From assembly GCA_027312185.1 (NCBI GenBank), contig DAICXL010000001.1:1-51148 (forward strand): a stretch of 51,148 nt of DNA, in the 5' to 3' direction. The notes under the pieces were generated by a model that saw only the letters and a list, made by a program, of their open reading frames with translations, was not told where the DNA came from and ran no database searches. Position 1 is the stretch's first letter, and each line of letters opens with the position of its first letter. Position numbers and translations under genes: made by a program. Of this stretch, positions 1 to 8,227 are shown in pieces. The DNA comes from Caulobacterales bacterium. Its GTDB lineage: Bacteria; Pseudomonadota; Alphaproteobacteria; Caulobacterales; Caulobacteraceae.

Positions 1-13
1 GAGGAATCGCGCT

Positions 14-535
14 GTGCTGGAACTCGCAAACTGGCTTTCAAATTCCGCCGCGAACAGCCTGATCAAGGATCACGCTGAGTGGCTGATCCCGCTGATCCAG
101 TCGATCCACATCCTGGCCATCGCCGTGGTCGTCGGCTCGGTGCTCGTCATGTCGATGAGGGTGCTGCGGGTCGTCGCGATGGATCAGACCGTGCGGGAGG
201 TGAACCGCCGCTTCATGCCCTGGCTGCACGGCGCCCTTTGGATGCTGCTGGCCACGGGCCTCGTGCTGATCATCAGCGAACCGCCCCGTGAACTGCTCGC
301 CTTCTCGTTCTGGGCCAAGATGGCCTTCCTGGCGATCGGCATCGCCATCGCCGCCGCCTTCTCGCGGTCGGTCCGCGCCGACGAAACGCGGTGGGAGACG
401 GACCTGACCCGGCGCGGCCCGGTCAAGGCCCTGGCCGTGGGCGCCCTGGTCGTCACCGTCATCGTGATCCTGCTCGGCCGCCTCATCGCCTACAACCACG
501 TCTGGGACTCGCTCCTGGGCGTCGCTCAATCCTAG
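14..535 (+). CDS. Integral membrane protein, about 4 TM helices, uncharacterised family (paralog A of a tandem pair)
   Basis: GTG at 14 lies 8 nt after GAGGA (1-5). Hydrophobic segments: IHILAIAVVVGSVLVM, ALWMLLATGLVLII, MAFLAIGIAIAAAF, ALAVGALVVTVIVILLG. Clear similarity to the next ORF (SIHILAIAVVVGSVLVMSMRVL vs TVHVVAITLVVGTILIVDLRLL). Confidence 0.6.
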   Translation: MLELANWLSNSAANSLIKDHAEWLIPLIQSIHILAIAVVVGSVLVMSMRVLRVVAMDQTVREVNRRFMPWLHGALWMLLATGLVLIISEPPRELLAFSFWAKMAFLAIGIAIAAAFSRSVRADETRWETDLTRRGPVKALAVGALVVTVIVILLGRLIAYNHVWDSLLGVAQS

Positions 536-547
536 GAGCCTCCACTC

Positions 548-1144
548 ATGGCAAACCTGCTGCAGAGCCTGTACGACACCGGCCTGGCTGAAACGCTCCG
601 GACCTCGCTGCTGGCCTTTCCGCTGGTCGAGACGGTGCACGTCGTCGCCATCACCCTGGTGGTCGGCACCATCCTGATCGTCGACCTGCGCCTCCTCGGG
701 GTGGCGTCCGGTCGCCGGCCTTACACGCGCCTGTCCTCCGAACTGCTCAAGTGGACCTGGATCGGCTTCGCCATCGCCGTGGTCAGCGGGGTGATCATGT
801 TCACCTCGAACGCCATGGTGTACTTCGAGAACACGGCTTTCCGGCTGAAGATGATCATGATGCTGGTGGCCGGGATCAACATGGTGATCTTCCAGTTCCT
901 GACCGAAAAGTCGGTGCGTCTTTGGGACGACCGCCCGTCCGGCCCGCCGGCCGCCAAGATCGCCGCCGTCGTGTCCCTGTGCATGTGGGTCTCCGTCGTC
1001 GTCGCCGGCCGCTGGATCGGCTTCACGCTAGCAGGTAAGACCGAGGCTCCGGCTGCGGCCGACATGAACTTCGAAGACTTCCTCGGCGACTCGTCCGAGG
1101 CTCCGCCCCCCGCCCCGGTCGCTCCTGCGCCGCCGGCGCCCTGA
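548..1144 (+). CDS. Integral membrane protein, about 4 TM helices, paralog B, with a Pro/Ala-rich C-terminal tail
   Basis: ATG at 548 is preceded by AGGAG (534-538). It has the same helix order and conserved TM1 His/Arg pattern as ORF 14-535. The tail reads EAPPPAPVAPAPPAP. Confidence 0.6.
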   Translation: MANLLQSLYDTGLAETLRTSLLAFPLVETVHVVAITLVVGTILIVDLRLLGVASGRRPYTRLSSELLKWTWIGFAIAVVSGVIMFTSNAMVYFENTAFRLKMIMMLVAGINMVIFQFLTEKSVRLWDDRPSGPPAAKIAAVVSLCMWVSVVVAGRWIGFTLAGKTEAPAAADMNFEDFLGDSSEAPPPAPVAPAPPAP

Positions 1145-1163
1145 CCCAGAAGAGGACCTCTTC

Positions 1164-1793
1164 ATGAAGCCACAGTCCTGGATGCTGATCGCGGCCCTCG
1201 CCGCGAGCCTGGCGGCCTGCGACCGGCCGACGGAAGAGGCCAAGGCGCCGGCTTCGGCCGAAGAACAGGCGGCGGCGGCGGCGACCGCCGCCGCCGGTCC
1301 GCTTGAGCGGCCCGAGCTGACCGTCAAGGACATCATGAACCTGCTGGACCCCGGCGCCGACCTGCTGTTCGAGTCGGTGCAGGAGGTCTCTGACGACAAG
1401 GGGACCCACCAGAAGGCGCCCAGCACCGACGCCGAATGGGCCGAGGTCCAGAAGCACCTGCAGGTCCTGTCCGACTCGTCGCGGATGCTGATCCAGGCGG
1501 GCCGCAAGGGCGGACGGGCCGGCGACACCACCGAGTTCCCCGAGGTCGAGAACACGCCCGAACAGATCCAGCACCTGATGGACACCCAGCGGCCCGACTG
1601 GGTCGCCAAGAGCAACCGCCTGCGCGACGCCGCCGCCGAGGGGCTGACGGCCGTCCAGGCCCGCAGCGTTCCCGGCCTTTCGGCCGCGCTGCTCAGCATC
1701 GACAAGGCCTGCGAGAGCTGCCACCTGGTGTACTTCTACCCCGGCGACGAGCGCGCCAAACAGGCCGCCAGGGAAGAGGGCCTGATCAAGTAG
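1164..1793 (+). CDS. Lipoprotein mono-haem c-type cytochrome (single CXXCH near the C-terminus, class II/cytochrome c'-like layout)
   Basis: Signal peptide with lipobox LAAC (Cys19). One CESCH haem motif at nt 1710-1724, 22 aa from the C-terminus. RBS AGAGGA upstream. Sits 20 nt after the preceding gene. Confidence 0.6.
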   Translation: MKPQSWMLIAALAASLAACDRPTEEAKAPASAEEQAAAAATAAAGPLERPELTVKDIMNLLDPGADLLFESVQEVSDDKGTHQKAPSTDAEWAEVQKHLQVLSDSSRMLIQAGRKGGRAGDTTEFPEVENTPEQIQHLMDTQRPDWVAKSNRLRDAAAEGLTAVQARSVPGLSAALLSIDKACESCHLVYFYPGDERAKQAAREEGLIK

Positions 1794-2004
1794 AGGCCCT
1801 TGCGGCGGGGGCCGAGGCCCCGGCGGCGCTCCAAAATCCGCGTTGACTCCGACGCCCGTTCTCCCCCACATCGAAGACGCGGGCCGTGAGAGCCTGTTTA
1901 TTTGGGCTGTGCTGGCGCGATCTTAGTGTTCGGAAACCATTGAAGATTTCCGGCGTGAGTTTGTCCCCAGTCCGCATCACGAACTAAAAAACCGGGAGCA
2001 AGCT

Positions 2005-2886
2005 ATGAAGGTCGGCGTCGTCGGACTCGGTCGGATGGGACACGCGATGGCCACGAGGCTGCTCGCAGCCGGCCACGACCTCATCGTCTACGATCCCTTC
2101 CCCGCCGCCGCCGTGTCGCTCGGCGAGAAGGGCGCCCGCGTCGCCAAGGACCTCGCCGAGGTGTGCGAAGGCCGCGAAGTGGTGATGACCGTACTGCCCA
2201 CCGACGCCATCTTCGAAGACGTGGTCACCAAGCCGGGCGGCCTGGCCGACAGCCTGCCCAAGGGCGTGATCCACATGGTCAGCGGCACCCACGGCTTGCC
2301 GCTGGTGCAGCGCATGGCCAAGGTCCACGCCGATGCCGGGTCCGTGCTGATCGTCGCCAATCTGCTGGGGCGCCCCGAGCGCGCCGTCTCCGGCGAGCTG
2401 GGCTTCATCACCGGCGGCCCCAAGGACCTCTGCGACAAGCTGCAGCCCCTGCTCGACGCCATGGGCTCGTCGTTCATCTACGCCGGCGCCACGCCGGAAG
2501 CCGCCGTGGTGTGCAAGCTGGCCAACAGCTTCGTGCTCGGCTGCGCCATCGAGGCCATCGGCGAGGGCATCGCCCTGACCCGCAAGTACGGGGTGGACGC
2601 CGACGTGTTCCACCACGTGCTGAGCGACGGCCTGTTCAACTGCGTCGCCTACAAGATGTACGGCGACGTGATCTCCAAGGAGGACTGGGGCCGCGTCGGC
2701 GCCACGGTGACCATCGGCCTGAAGGACACCAACCTCGCCTTCGAGGCCGCCGAGCACAACGGCGTGCCGCTGCCCGCCGGCGAGGTCTACCGCGAGCACC
2801 TGCACGCCTGCCAGGCGGCGGGCGAGAGCGACCTCGACTGGTCGGTCATGGCCCGCGAGCAGTTCCGCCGCAGCGGCCTGGAATAG
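2005..2886 (+). CDS. NAD(P)-dependent oxidoreductase, 3-hydroxyisobutyrate/6-phosphogluconate dehydrogenase-like
   Basis: N-terminal Rossmann motif MKVGVVGLGRMGHAMATRLL. Length of 293 aa and overall layout are typical of HIBADH-type enzymes. Confidence 0.8.
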   Translation: MKVGVVGLGRMGHAMATRLLAAGHDLIVYDPFPAAAVSLGEKGARVAKDLAEVCEGREVVMTVLPTDAIFEDVVTKPGGLADSLPKGVIHMVSGTHGLPLVQRMAKVHADAGSVLIVANLLGRPERAVSGELGFITGGPKDLCDKLQPLLDAMGSSFIYAGATPEAAVVCKLANSFVLGCAIEAIGEGIALTRKYGVDADVFHHVLSDGLFNCVAYKMYGDVISKEDWGRVGATVTIGLKDTNLAFEAAEHNGVPLPAGEVYREHLHACQAAGESDLDWSVMAREQFRRSGLE

Positions 2887-2895
2887 GCCCTTTGG

Positions 2896-2928
2896 CCTGT
2901 CATCCCGGCTCAGGGCCGGGATGGCAGG
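2896..2928. terminator. GC-rich hairpin between convergent genes (candidate bidirectional terminator)
   Basis: Arms cctgtcatcccggc / gccgggatggcagg form a 14-bp stem with one G-U position and a 5-nt loop. It lies between stop 2886 (+) and stop 2930 (-). There is no clear U-tract. Confidence 0.35.
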
Positions 2929-2929
2929 A

Positions 2930-4159
2930 TCAGGTCGCCGCCGCCACCGCCCTGAGCCGCAGCGGCCGCAGCACCAGAAGCGCCAGCAGGGCCGCCGACA
3001 CGTCCATTCCGCTGACGATGTAGAACACCGTCGACCACGAGCCGGTCAGCTCGAACATATAGGCCGCCAGCGGACCGCCGAGCACCGAGGCCACCGCCAC
3101 CGCGATCAGCAGCCAGCCGAGATTCTTAGCCCCGTGCTTGGGGCCGAAGAAGTCGGCCTGGGCGGCAGGGAACAGGGAGAAGATCTCGCCCCACCCCAGG
3201 AACACCACCCCGGTCAGCAGCACGAACAGCACCGGGTCGTGGCCGAAGTGCAGCAGGGCGACGATGCCGCACGCCTCCATCACGAAGGCCAGGGCCATGG
3301 TCGGCTCGCGGCCGATGCGGTCGGAAATGGCGCCGAACAGGGGCCGGCTGGCGCCGTTGGCGATGCGGTCCAGGGTCAGGGCCAGCGGCAGGGCGGCGAC
3401 GCCGAACACCAGGGTGGCCGGGCCGATCCCGAAGGTCCGGGCGATCACCCCGATCTGCGAGATGGCCATCAGCCCGCCGGTCCCCACCATGATCATCATC
3501 AGGAACAGCAGCCAGAACACCGGCGTCTTCAGCATCTCTCCCGGGGTGTAGCTGCGGCGGGCCGCGGACGCCCCGCCCGCCTCGCTCTCGGTCGCCACCG
3601 GCGCCGCCCGCATGCCCAGGCCGGCGGCGGCGCAGACCACGCCGAGGATGACGCCGACCCACAGCAAGGCGGTCCGGAAGTCGTAGGCCTTGATGATCGC
3701 GTCGATCGGCAGGGTCGTCAGGATGGCGCCCATGCCGTAGCTGCCCACGACCATGCCGACGGCGAAGCCGCGCTTTTCGGGGAACCACTGAGCCACGAGG
3801 TTGGTCACGGCCACGAAGACGAAGCCGGTGCCGACCCCGCTCAACACGCCATAGGTGACATAGAACAGCGGCAGGCTGGTCACGAACGAGGAGAGCACCC
3901 AGCTCAGCCCCAGCAGGAGGCCGCCGGCGGCCACCATCCAACGGGCCTGGAAGCGCTCGACCAGCAGGCCGTGGAGCGGCCCGAAGGCGCACTGGAAAAT
4001 GCTGAACAGGGCGATGGTCACCTGCAGCGCCGGCAGGCTGACCGCCAGGCTCTCCTGCGCCGGCGGTACGAACAGGGCCCAGACATATTGCGGGCTCGAG
4101 GCGGCGAGCATGGCGATGACGCCCAGCATGAGCTGCCAGCCGCGATTGGACAGCGTCAT
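2930..4159 (-). CDS. MFS transporter, probably oxalate/formate antiporter (OFA)-like subfamily
   Basis: 409 aa with about 12 hydrophobic helices. N-terminus GWQLMLGVIAMLAASSPQYVWALF is typical of OFA-type MFS. RBS GGGAG lies upstream of ATG 4159. Confidence 0.75.
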   Translation of the reverse strand: MTLSNRGWQLMLGVIAMLAASSPQYVWALFVPPAQESLAVSLPALQVTIALFSIFQCAFGPLHGLLVERFQARWMVAAGGLLLGLSWVLSSFVTSLPLFYVTYGVLSGVGTGFVFVAVTNLVAQWFPEKRGFAVGMVVGSYGMGAILTTLPIDAIIKAYDFRTALLWVGVILGVVCAAAGLGMRAAPVATESEAGGASAARRSYTPGEMLKTPVFWLLFLMMIMVGTGGLMAISQIGVIARTFGIGPATLVFGVAALPLALTLDRIANGASRPLFGAISDRIGREPTMALAFVMEACGIVALLHFGHDPVLFVLLTGVVFLGWGEIFSLFPAAQADFFGPKHGAKNLGWLLIAVAVASVLGGPLAAYMFELTGSWSTVFYIVSGMDVSAALLALLVLRPLRLRAVAAAT

Positions 4160-4287
4160 ACGCTGGAGCTCCCTAAGCAGGGGGCTGACTGCATGGCCCG
4201 CCCCTCATCGGCTATATACACCCGGGCCAAAAGGCCGGAAAAGTACGAAAAGAAATTCGGTAAACGAACCTCAGGGCGCCCCACAAA

Positions 4288-5550
4288 ATGAAGAGACTCG
4301 CGACCGTAGCCGCCGCTTCGCTGGCGACTGTTCTGACCACCGCCGGCGCGGCTTCGGCGCAGAACCTGGTGATCTCCAACGCCCGCATTATCGTCGGCGA
4401 CGGCAAGGTGATCGAGAAGGGCTCCCTCGTCGTCAAGGACGGCAAGATCGCCTCGGTCACCGCCGGGGCGGCGCCCGCGGGGGCCGCCGGGACGCGGATC
4501 GACGGGACCGGCAAGACCCTGATGGCCGGCTTCATCGACGCCCACCGCCACATCGTCTACGGCCCGGTCGACAAGTACTTCCAGGAGCAGGCGGCCGACC
4601 GCATGCGGGAGTTGCTGGAAGCCGGCTTCACCACCGTCCAGTCCGGCGGCGACGACAACGCAGGCGTCGCCGAGCTGAAGCGGCGGATCGACAGCGGCGA
4701 GCTCAAGGGCCCGCGCATCCTGACCTCCTATCGCGTCGCCACCGGCCGCATGGCCAGCGAGGAAGAGGCCCGTGCGGGCGTTCGCGCCGCCGTGGCCGCC
4801 AAGGCCGACTCGATCGCCGAGGTGCACTTCCCCACCATGCCGCCGCCCGCCGCCGCCACCGAGCAGGAGACCAAGAACATGGTCGCCGGGCTCGACGAGG
4901 CCCGCAAGCTGGGTATTCCGTTCCAGATTCACGCCGTCAGCCCCAAGAACATGGTCGACGTGGTCCGCCTGGGCGGCCGCAAGCTGATCCACACGCCGCA
5001 CTGGGACTGGGTGACCGAGGCCGACGCCAAGGTGGTCAAGGACGCCGGCGCCGAGATGGCCTCGTGCACGGGCTTCGGCCCGCCGGTGTTCGACGTGCAC
5101 AACCAGGACAACAAGCCGACCTTCCGCGACGGCAAGCCCTGGCCGCAGGGCATCGTCTCGAACGAGGGCCAGGGCCGCGAGGCTGGGCTGCTGCCGGTCA
5201 ACGGCCGCACCGTCTTCGACGCCGGGGTGAACTACGGCTACTGCACCGACACCAACTACAACGCCACCATGGCGCTGAACCAGGAGCTGAAGACCCTCAA
5301 CCTGACGTTCTCGATGCTCGACATCATCAAGATCATGGGTCCGAACTCGGCCAAGTTCATCGATCGCGAAAAGGACCTCGGCACGCTGGAGGCCGGCAAG
5401 ATCGCCGACATCGTGGTGCTCGGGGCCAACCCCCTGATCGGCTATTGGAACTGGTTGACCACCGAAGTGGTGGTCAAGGGCGGTGTCGTGGTCGTGGACA
5501 AGCGCCGCGAGCCCAATGCCGGCAAGCCCCTGGGCAAGCCGGCCACCTAG
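4288..5550 (+). CDS. Exported metal-dependent amidohydrolase family protein
   Basis: Sec signal MKRLATVAAASLATVLTTAGAASA. HxH metal motif in AGFIDAHRHI. C-terminal GTLEAGKIADIVVL motif is typical of the amidohydrolase fold. Confidence 0.75.
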   Translation: MKRLATVAAASLATVLTTAGAASAQNLVISNARIIVGDGKVIEKGSLVVKDGKIASVTAGAAPAGAAGTRIDGTGKTLMAGFIDAHRHIVYGPVDKYFQEQAADRMRELLEAGFTTVQSGGDDNAGVAELKRRIDSGELKGPRILTSYRVATGRMASEEEARAGVRAAVAAKADSIAEVHFPTMPPPAAATEQETKNMVAGLDEARKLGIPFQIHAVSPKNMVDVVRLGGRKLIHTPHWDWVTEADAKVVKDAGAEMASCTGFGPPVFDVHNQDNKPTFRDGKPWPQGIVSNEGQGREAGLLPVNGRTVFDAGVNYGYCTDTNYNATMALNQELKTLNLTFSMLDIIKIMGPNSAKFIDREKDLGTLEAGKIADIVVLGANPLIGYWNWLTTEVVVKGGVVVVDKRREPNAGKPLGKPAT

Positions 5551-6395
5551 TTCGGAACGGGCGCTGTCCCGACGATCCGGGACAGCTTCTCGGCGCTCGC
5601 CGCATCGTAGGGCGCGTAGATCACCGTGCGCAGGGTCGGCGCGCCCTCCACCACATAGGAACTGTGGCCGAAGGTGATCTCGCCCGCTTCGGGGTGGCGT
5701 TCGACATGGACGCCCTCGGACCGGCCGGCTCGAATCTCGCTGGCCCGCCAGTAGCGGCGGAACGTCGGGCAGGTCTCGTTCAGTTCCTCGATCAGGGCGT
5801 CGAAGGCAGGATCGGCGCTGGCGAGGCCATAGTCGACCCGCAGCTTGGCCAGGATGCGCCGCGCCATGGCGTCGTAGTCGTCCGCGTCGGTGCGCCACTG
5901 CGGGTTCATCAGCAGCATCTTCAGCAGATTGCGATCGCTCGGGTCGATCTGGGCGTAGTCGCGGATCGCCAGCGCCATGGCCCGGTTCCAGTAGACCACG
6001 TCCCAGCGCAGGGTCATGACCAGGGCGGGCAGGTTCAGGGCGTCGAGGGTCCGGCGGACCGGATCGCTAAGCCGGGCCGGCTGCAGCCGCTGCAAGGCGG
6101 CGGGGCGATGCTGCGCCAGGCTGAAGAGGTGGTCACGCTCCTCATCCGTGAGGCGAAGGGTGCGGCTGAGGCTCTCCAGCACATTGTCCGAGACGCGAAC
6201 GTCGCGGCCCTGCTCCAGCCACGTGTACCAGGTGGAGGAGACCCCCGCGAGGGCGGCCACGTCCTCGCGGCGGAGGCCGGCGGTGCGGCGGCGCGCGCCC
6301 GTGGGCAGGCCCACCGCCGCGGGGCTGAGCCGCCCGCGGCAGGCCTTGAGGAAGTCGGAAAGCTGCACCCGCTGGGGGGCGGCGGCGGCGGGCAT
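5547..6395 (-). CDS. Helix-turn-helix transcriptional regulator, MmyB-like (XRE N-terminus plus ligand-binding C-terminal domain)
   Basis: LRREDVAALAGVSSTWYTWLEQGRDVRVS is the HTH signature I associate with MmyB-type regulators. AGGAG RBS lies before ATG 6395. Its stop shares the CTAG tetranucleotide with the convergent gene. Confidence 0.75.
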   Translation of the reverse strand: MPAAAAPQRVQLSDFLKACRGRLSPAAVGLPTGARRRTAGLRREDVAALAGVSSTWYTWLEQGRDVRVSDNVLESLSRTLRLTDEERDHLFSLAQHRPAALQRLQPARLSDPVRRTLDALNLPALVMTLRWDVVYWNRAMALAIRDYAQIDPSDRNLLKMLLMNPQWRTDADDYDAMARRILAKLRVDYGLASADPAFDALIEELNETCPTFRRYWRASEIRAGRSEGVHVERHPEAGEITFGHSSYVVEGAPTLRTVIYAPYDAASAEKLSRIVGTAPVPN

Positions 6396-6565
6396 GGCGG
6401 CTCCTAACCCTCGCGCGACCTCTTCAGTCCGGCGAAGCTAGTACTTACAATACCATCATAACCGCCGCGATTGTCCCGGCGAAGACGCTCTCGCAAGCTG
6501 AGGCCGATGCGCAAGCAACGGGGAGGCCGTTTCGATGTTCGAAACGCCAACTCCGCTGTATGCGG

Positions 6566-6600
6566 AAAAGAAAACGGCTGCATCGTCGCCGATGCAGCCG
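6566..6600 (-). terminator. Orphan rho-independent terminator (minus strand)
   Basis: On the minus strand: CGGCUGCAUCG-GCGA-CGAUGCAGCCG (11-bp perfect stem, nt 6575-6600) followed by UUUUCUUUU (6574-6566). No minus-strand CDS lies upstream of it. Confidence 0.5.
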
Positions 6601-6664
6601 AGTTGGGAGGGTATCGTTGTTCCCGCCGCCGTAAATCCAGGTTTTACCGGAGGTTAGAACAACG
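6566..6664 (-). ncRNA. Candidate small RNA of about 100 nt (5' end unknown) with CCUCC / CCCUCCC anti-SD-like motifs
   Basis: Minus-strand reading: stem CGUUGUUC...GAACAACG (6664-6657 / 6622-6615), then single-stranded AUACCCUCCCAACU, then the terminator above. It sits in an AT-richer 320-bp spacer with no credible ORF. Confidence 0.25.
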
Positions 6665-6786
6665 AAGGAGCTGTCTTGCGGACCAGCCGCTTGACGAAGC
6701 CGAGGATAATCTAAGGGCAATTGAGGTCTTCGTATAGTGAAGATTTTTTCGCGATGCTGGTTTTTCGGTTCCCTTGGGAGGACGCC

Positions 6787-7353
6787 GTGGTGAGCTTGGC
6801 TGGAACGATGACCCAACGGCCCGAAGTGGCCGCGCGGGAGCGTATCGGGCGGTGCTGGGCCTTGATCAAGGCGGGCCGCTGCCTCGAAGCGCGCGCCCTG
6901 CTGTCGGGCCTAGCCGAGGACACGCCCCGCCTTCCCGCCGCCCGCAGGATGCTGGCGTCCGGCCTGCAGGGCCAGGGCGACCTCGATAGCGCTGAGGCGG
7001 AGATGCGCGCCGCCATCCGGCTCGACAGGAGCGACCCCGCCCTGCTCACCGGGCTGGGAGAGATTCTGTTCGCCAAGGGCGCGTGGAACGAGGCCGAGCG
7101 GACCCTGCGCGGCGCCCTGGCGCTCAACCGCTTCTTCGCCGGCGCGACGGTGACCCTGACCCGGCTGCTGCTGGCCATGGGGCGCCCCGCCGAGGCGCTG
7201 CAGGTGACGACCCCGCTGGCCTTGCGCCCGGACGCGCCCGCGGCGGTGCTGGAAGCCCAGGTCTGCGCCCTGCGCGCCCTGGGCAAGCCGGAAGACGCCC
7301 TCGTCGTCGCCGCCCGGGCCCGGCGCGTCGCCGGCGCGGAGTCTCGGCTGTAA
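6787..7353 (+). CDS. Tetratricopeptide-repeat (TPR) protein, short; start uncertain
   Basis: Repeated A/L-rich TPR-like helices (GDLDSAEAEMRAAIRLD..., AWNEAERTLRGALALN..., GRPAEALQVTTPLAL...). GGGAGGA (6776-6782) precedes GTG 6787/6790. Alternative starts are ATG 6754 and ATG 6808. Confidence 0.55.
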   Translation: MVSLAGTMTQRPEVAARERIGRCWALIKAGRCLEARALLSGLAEDTPRLPAARRMLASGLQGQGDLDSAEAEMRAAIRLDRSDPALLTGLGEILFAKGAWNEAERTLRGALALNRFFAGATVTLTRLLLAMGRPAEALQVTTPLALRPDAPAAVLEAQVCALRALGKPEDALVVAARARRVAGAESRL

Positions 7354-7386
7354 GATCGCGTGCGGGCTTGCCGCCGTGCGCCCGGT

Positions 7387-7929
7387 TCAGGCGGGGTGGC
7401 GCAGCCGGTTGTTGGGGGCGTGATCGCCGGCCAGCCAGCGCCTCAACTCGGCGTGGGCGTCGCCGCGGCGGTGCTCGGCGATGTCGTCCACATTTGGCGC
7501 GTCGACGGCGAATTCGACGATCATGCCGTTGGGGTCGGTGGCGTAGATCGAGCGGCAGTAGCCGTGCTCGATCACATAGAAACCGGCCGCATAGGGCGAC
7601 GCCGTCAGCCGGGCCTCGATCGCCTGCTGCGTCGCGGCGTCGACGTTAAGGGCGATGTGGCGGAAGGGCGAGGCGGTGATCTCGGGCCCGAACTTGGCCT
7701 GGTCCTTCGGATCGGCGAACTGGAAGAAGGCCAGGGCGGACCCGTCGGCGAGGCCGAAGAAGCAGTGGCAGTAGGTGCGCACCGCCCCGAACATCTCCTC
7801 CTGCTCGCACCAGGTCGCGACCAGCGGCATGCCGATGACGTCTTCGTAGAAGGCCCGGGTCTGCTCCAGATCGTTGGTGACATAGGCGGTATGGTGCAAC
7901 CGGTCCGGGATGCCCACTGGCCTGATCAT
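7387..7929 (-). CDS. VOC (glyoxalase / bleomycin-resistance / extradiol dioxygenase) family protein
   Basis: N-terminus LHHTAYVTNDLEQTRAFYEDVIGMPLV and second module FRHIALNVD...GYCRSIYATDPNGMIVEF match the paired beta-alpha-beta-beta-beta VOC signature. Confidence 0.8.
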   Translation of the reverse strand: MIRPVGIPDRLHHTAYVTNDLEQTRAFYEDVIGMPLVATWCEQEEMFGAVRTYCHCFFGLADGSALAFFQFADPKDQAKFGPEITASPFRHIALNVDAATQQAIEARLTASPYAAGFYVIEHGYCRSIYATDPNGMIVEFAVDAPNVDDIAEHRRGDAHAELRRWLAGDHAPNNRLRHPA

Positions 7930-8227
7930 CTTGCCGCCCCGTGTTCGCTGAGAGTGAACGCAGCTTTTTGCGGACCATCAGCGTCGCTCCGCCTGCTGTC
8001 AAGGCGCACCCGGGGCCCGGATCGGGACGGGCTGGCCGTCAATCCGATACGGGTTGCGCTGGCCGGCGCGCATCCGTCCCGGACCAGCCTGACAGCGCGC
8101 ACGCGCCTGACCTTGACCCGGATCAACACGAGGCTGGGCTCCCGAGGCCCCGTTGTGCTGCGGGGGAAACTGCGTTACCGCCGAGATGAGGCGCTAGAGG
8201 CGCAATTGTCAGGGCCCGCCCAGTCGG

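Noticed and set aside
3999-6407. Very long alternative-frame or antisense ORFs. Examples: 3999-6407 (+, 802 aa), 4156-5898 (-, 580 aa), 14535-16211 (-, 558 aa), 35712-37451 (-, 579 aa), 42462-44438 (-, 658 aa), 43060-44664 (-, 534 aa), 27847-29409 (+, 520 aa).
   Set aside because: Their translations are Arg/Gly/Ala/Pro/His-rich low-complexity strings with no motifs. They overlap ORFs that carry clear family signatures, RBSs and signal peptides. Long stop-free shadow frames are expected in DNA this GC-rich.
6716-6721. Apparent excess of the palindrome CAATTG near gene starts (6716, 8203, 26222, 40675, 42466, 50044, and coding copies at about 34923 and 39125).
   Set aside because: The expected count for this 6-mer in 51 kb at this composition is already about four. 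AT-richer spacers inflate it further. Only the longer ACAATTGGC word was kept as a low-priority finding.
6445-6816. ORFs 6445-6816 (-, 123 aa) and 6471-6737 (+, 88 aa) in the AT-richer spacer.
   Set aside because: They have no RBS, highly basic or erratic composition, and no GC3 bias. The region is better explained by hairpins, a terminator and promoter sequence.
6787-7353. Calling the short TPR ORF a pseudogene or remnant of a larger TPR-glycosyltransferase-type protein.
   Set aside because: The idea comes only from its small size, ambiguous start and abrupt end opposite a convergent gene. I see no frameshifted continuation or degraded downstream domain, so there is no positive evidence.
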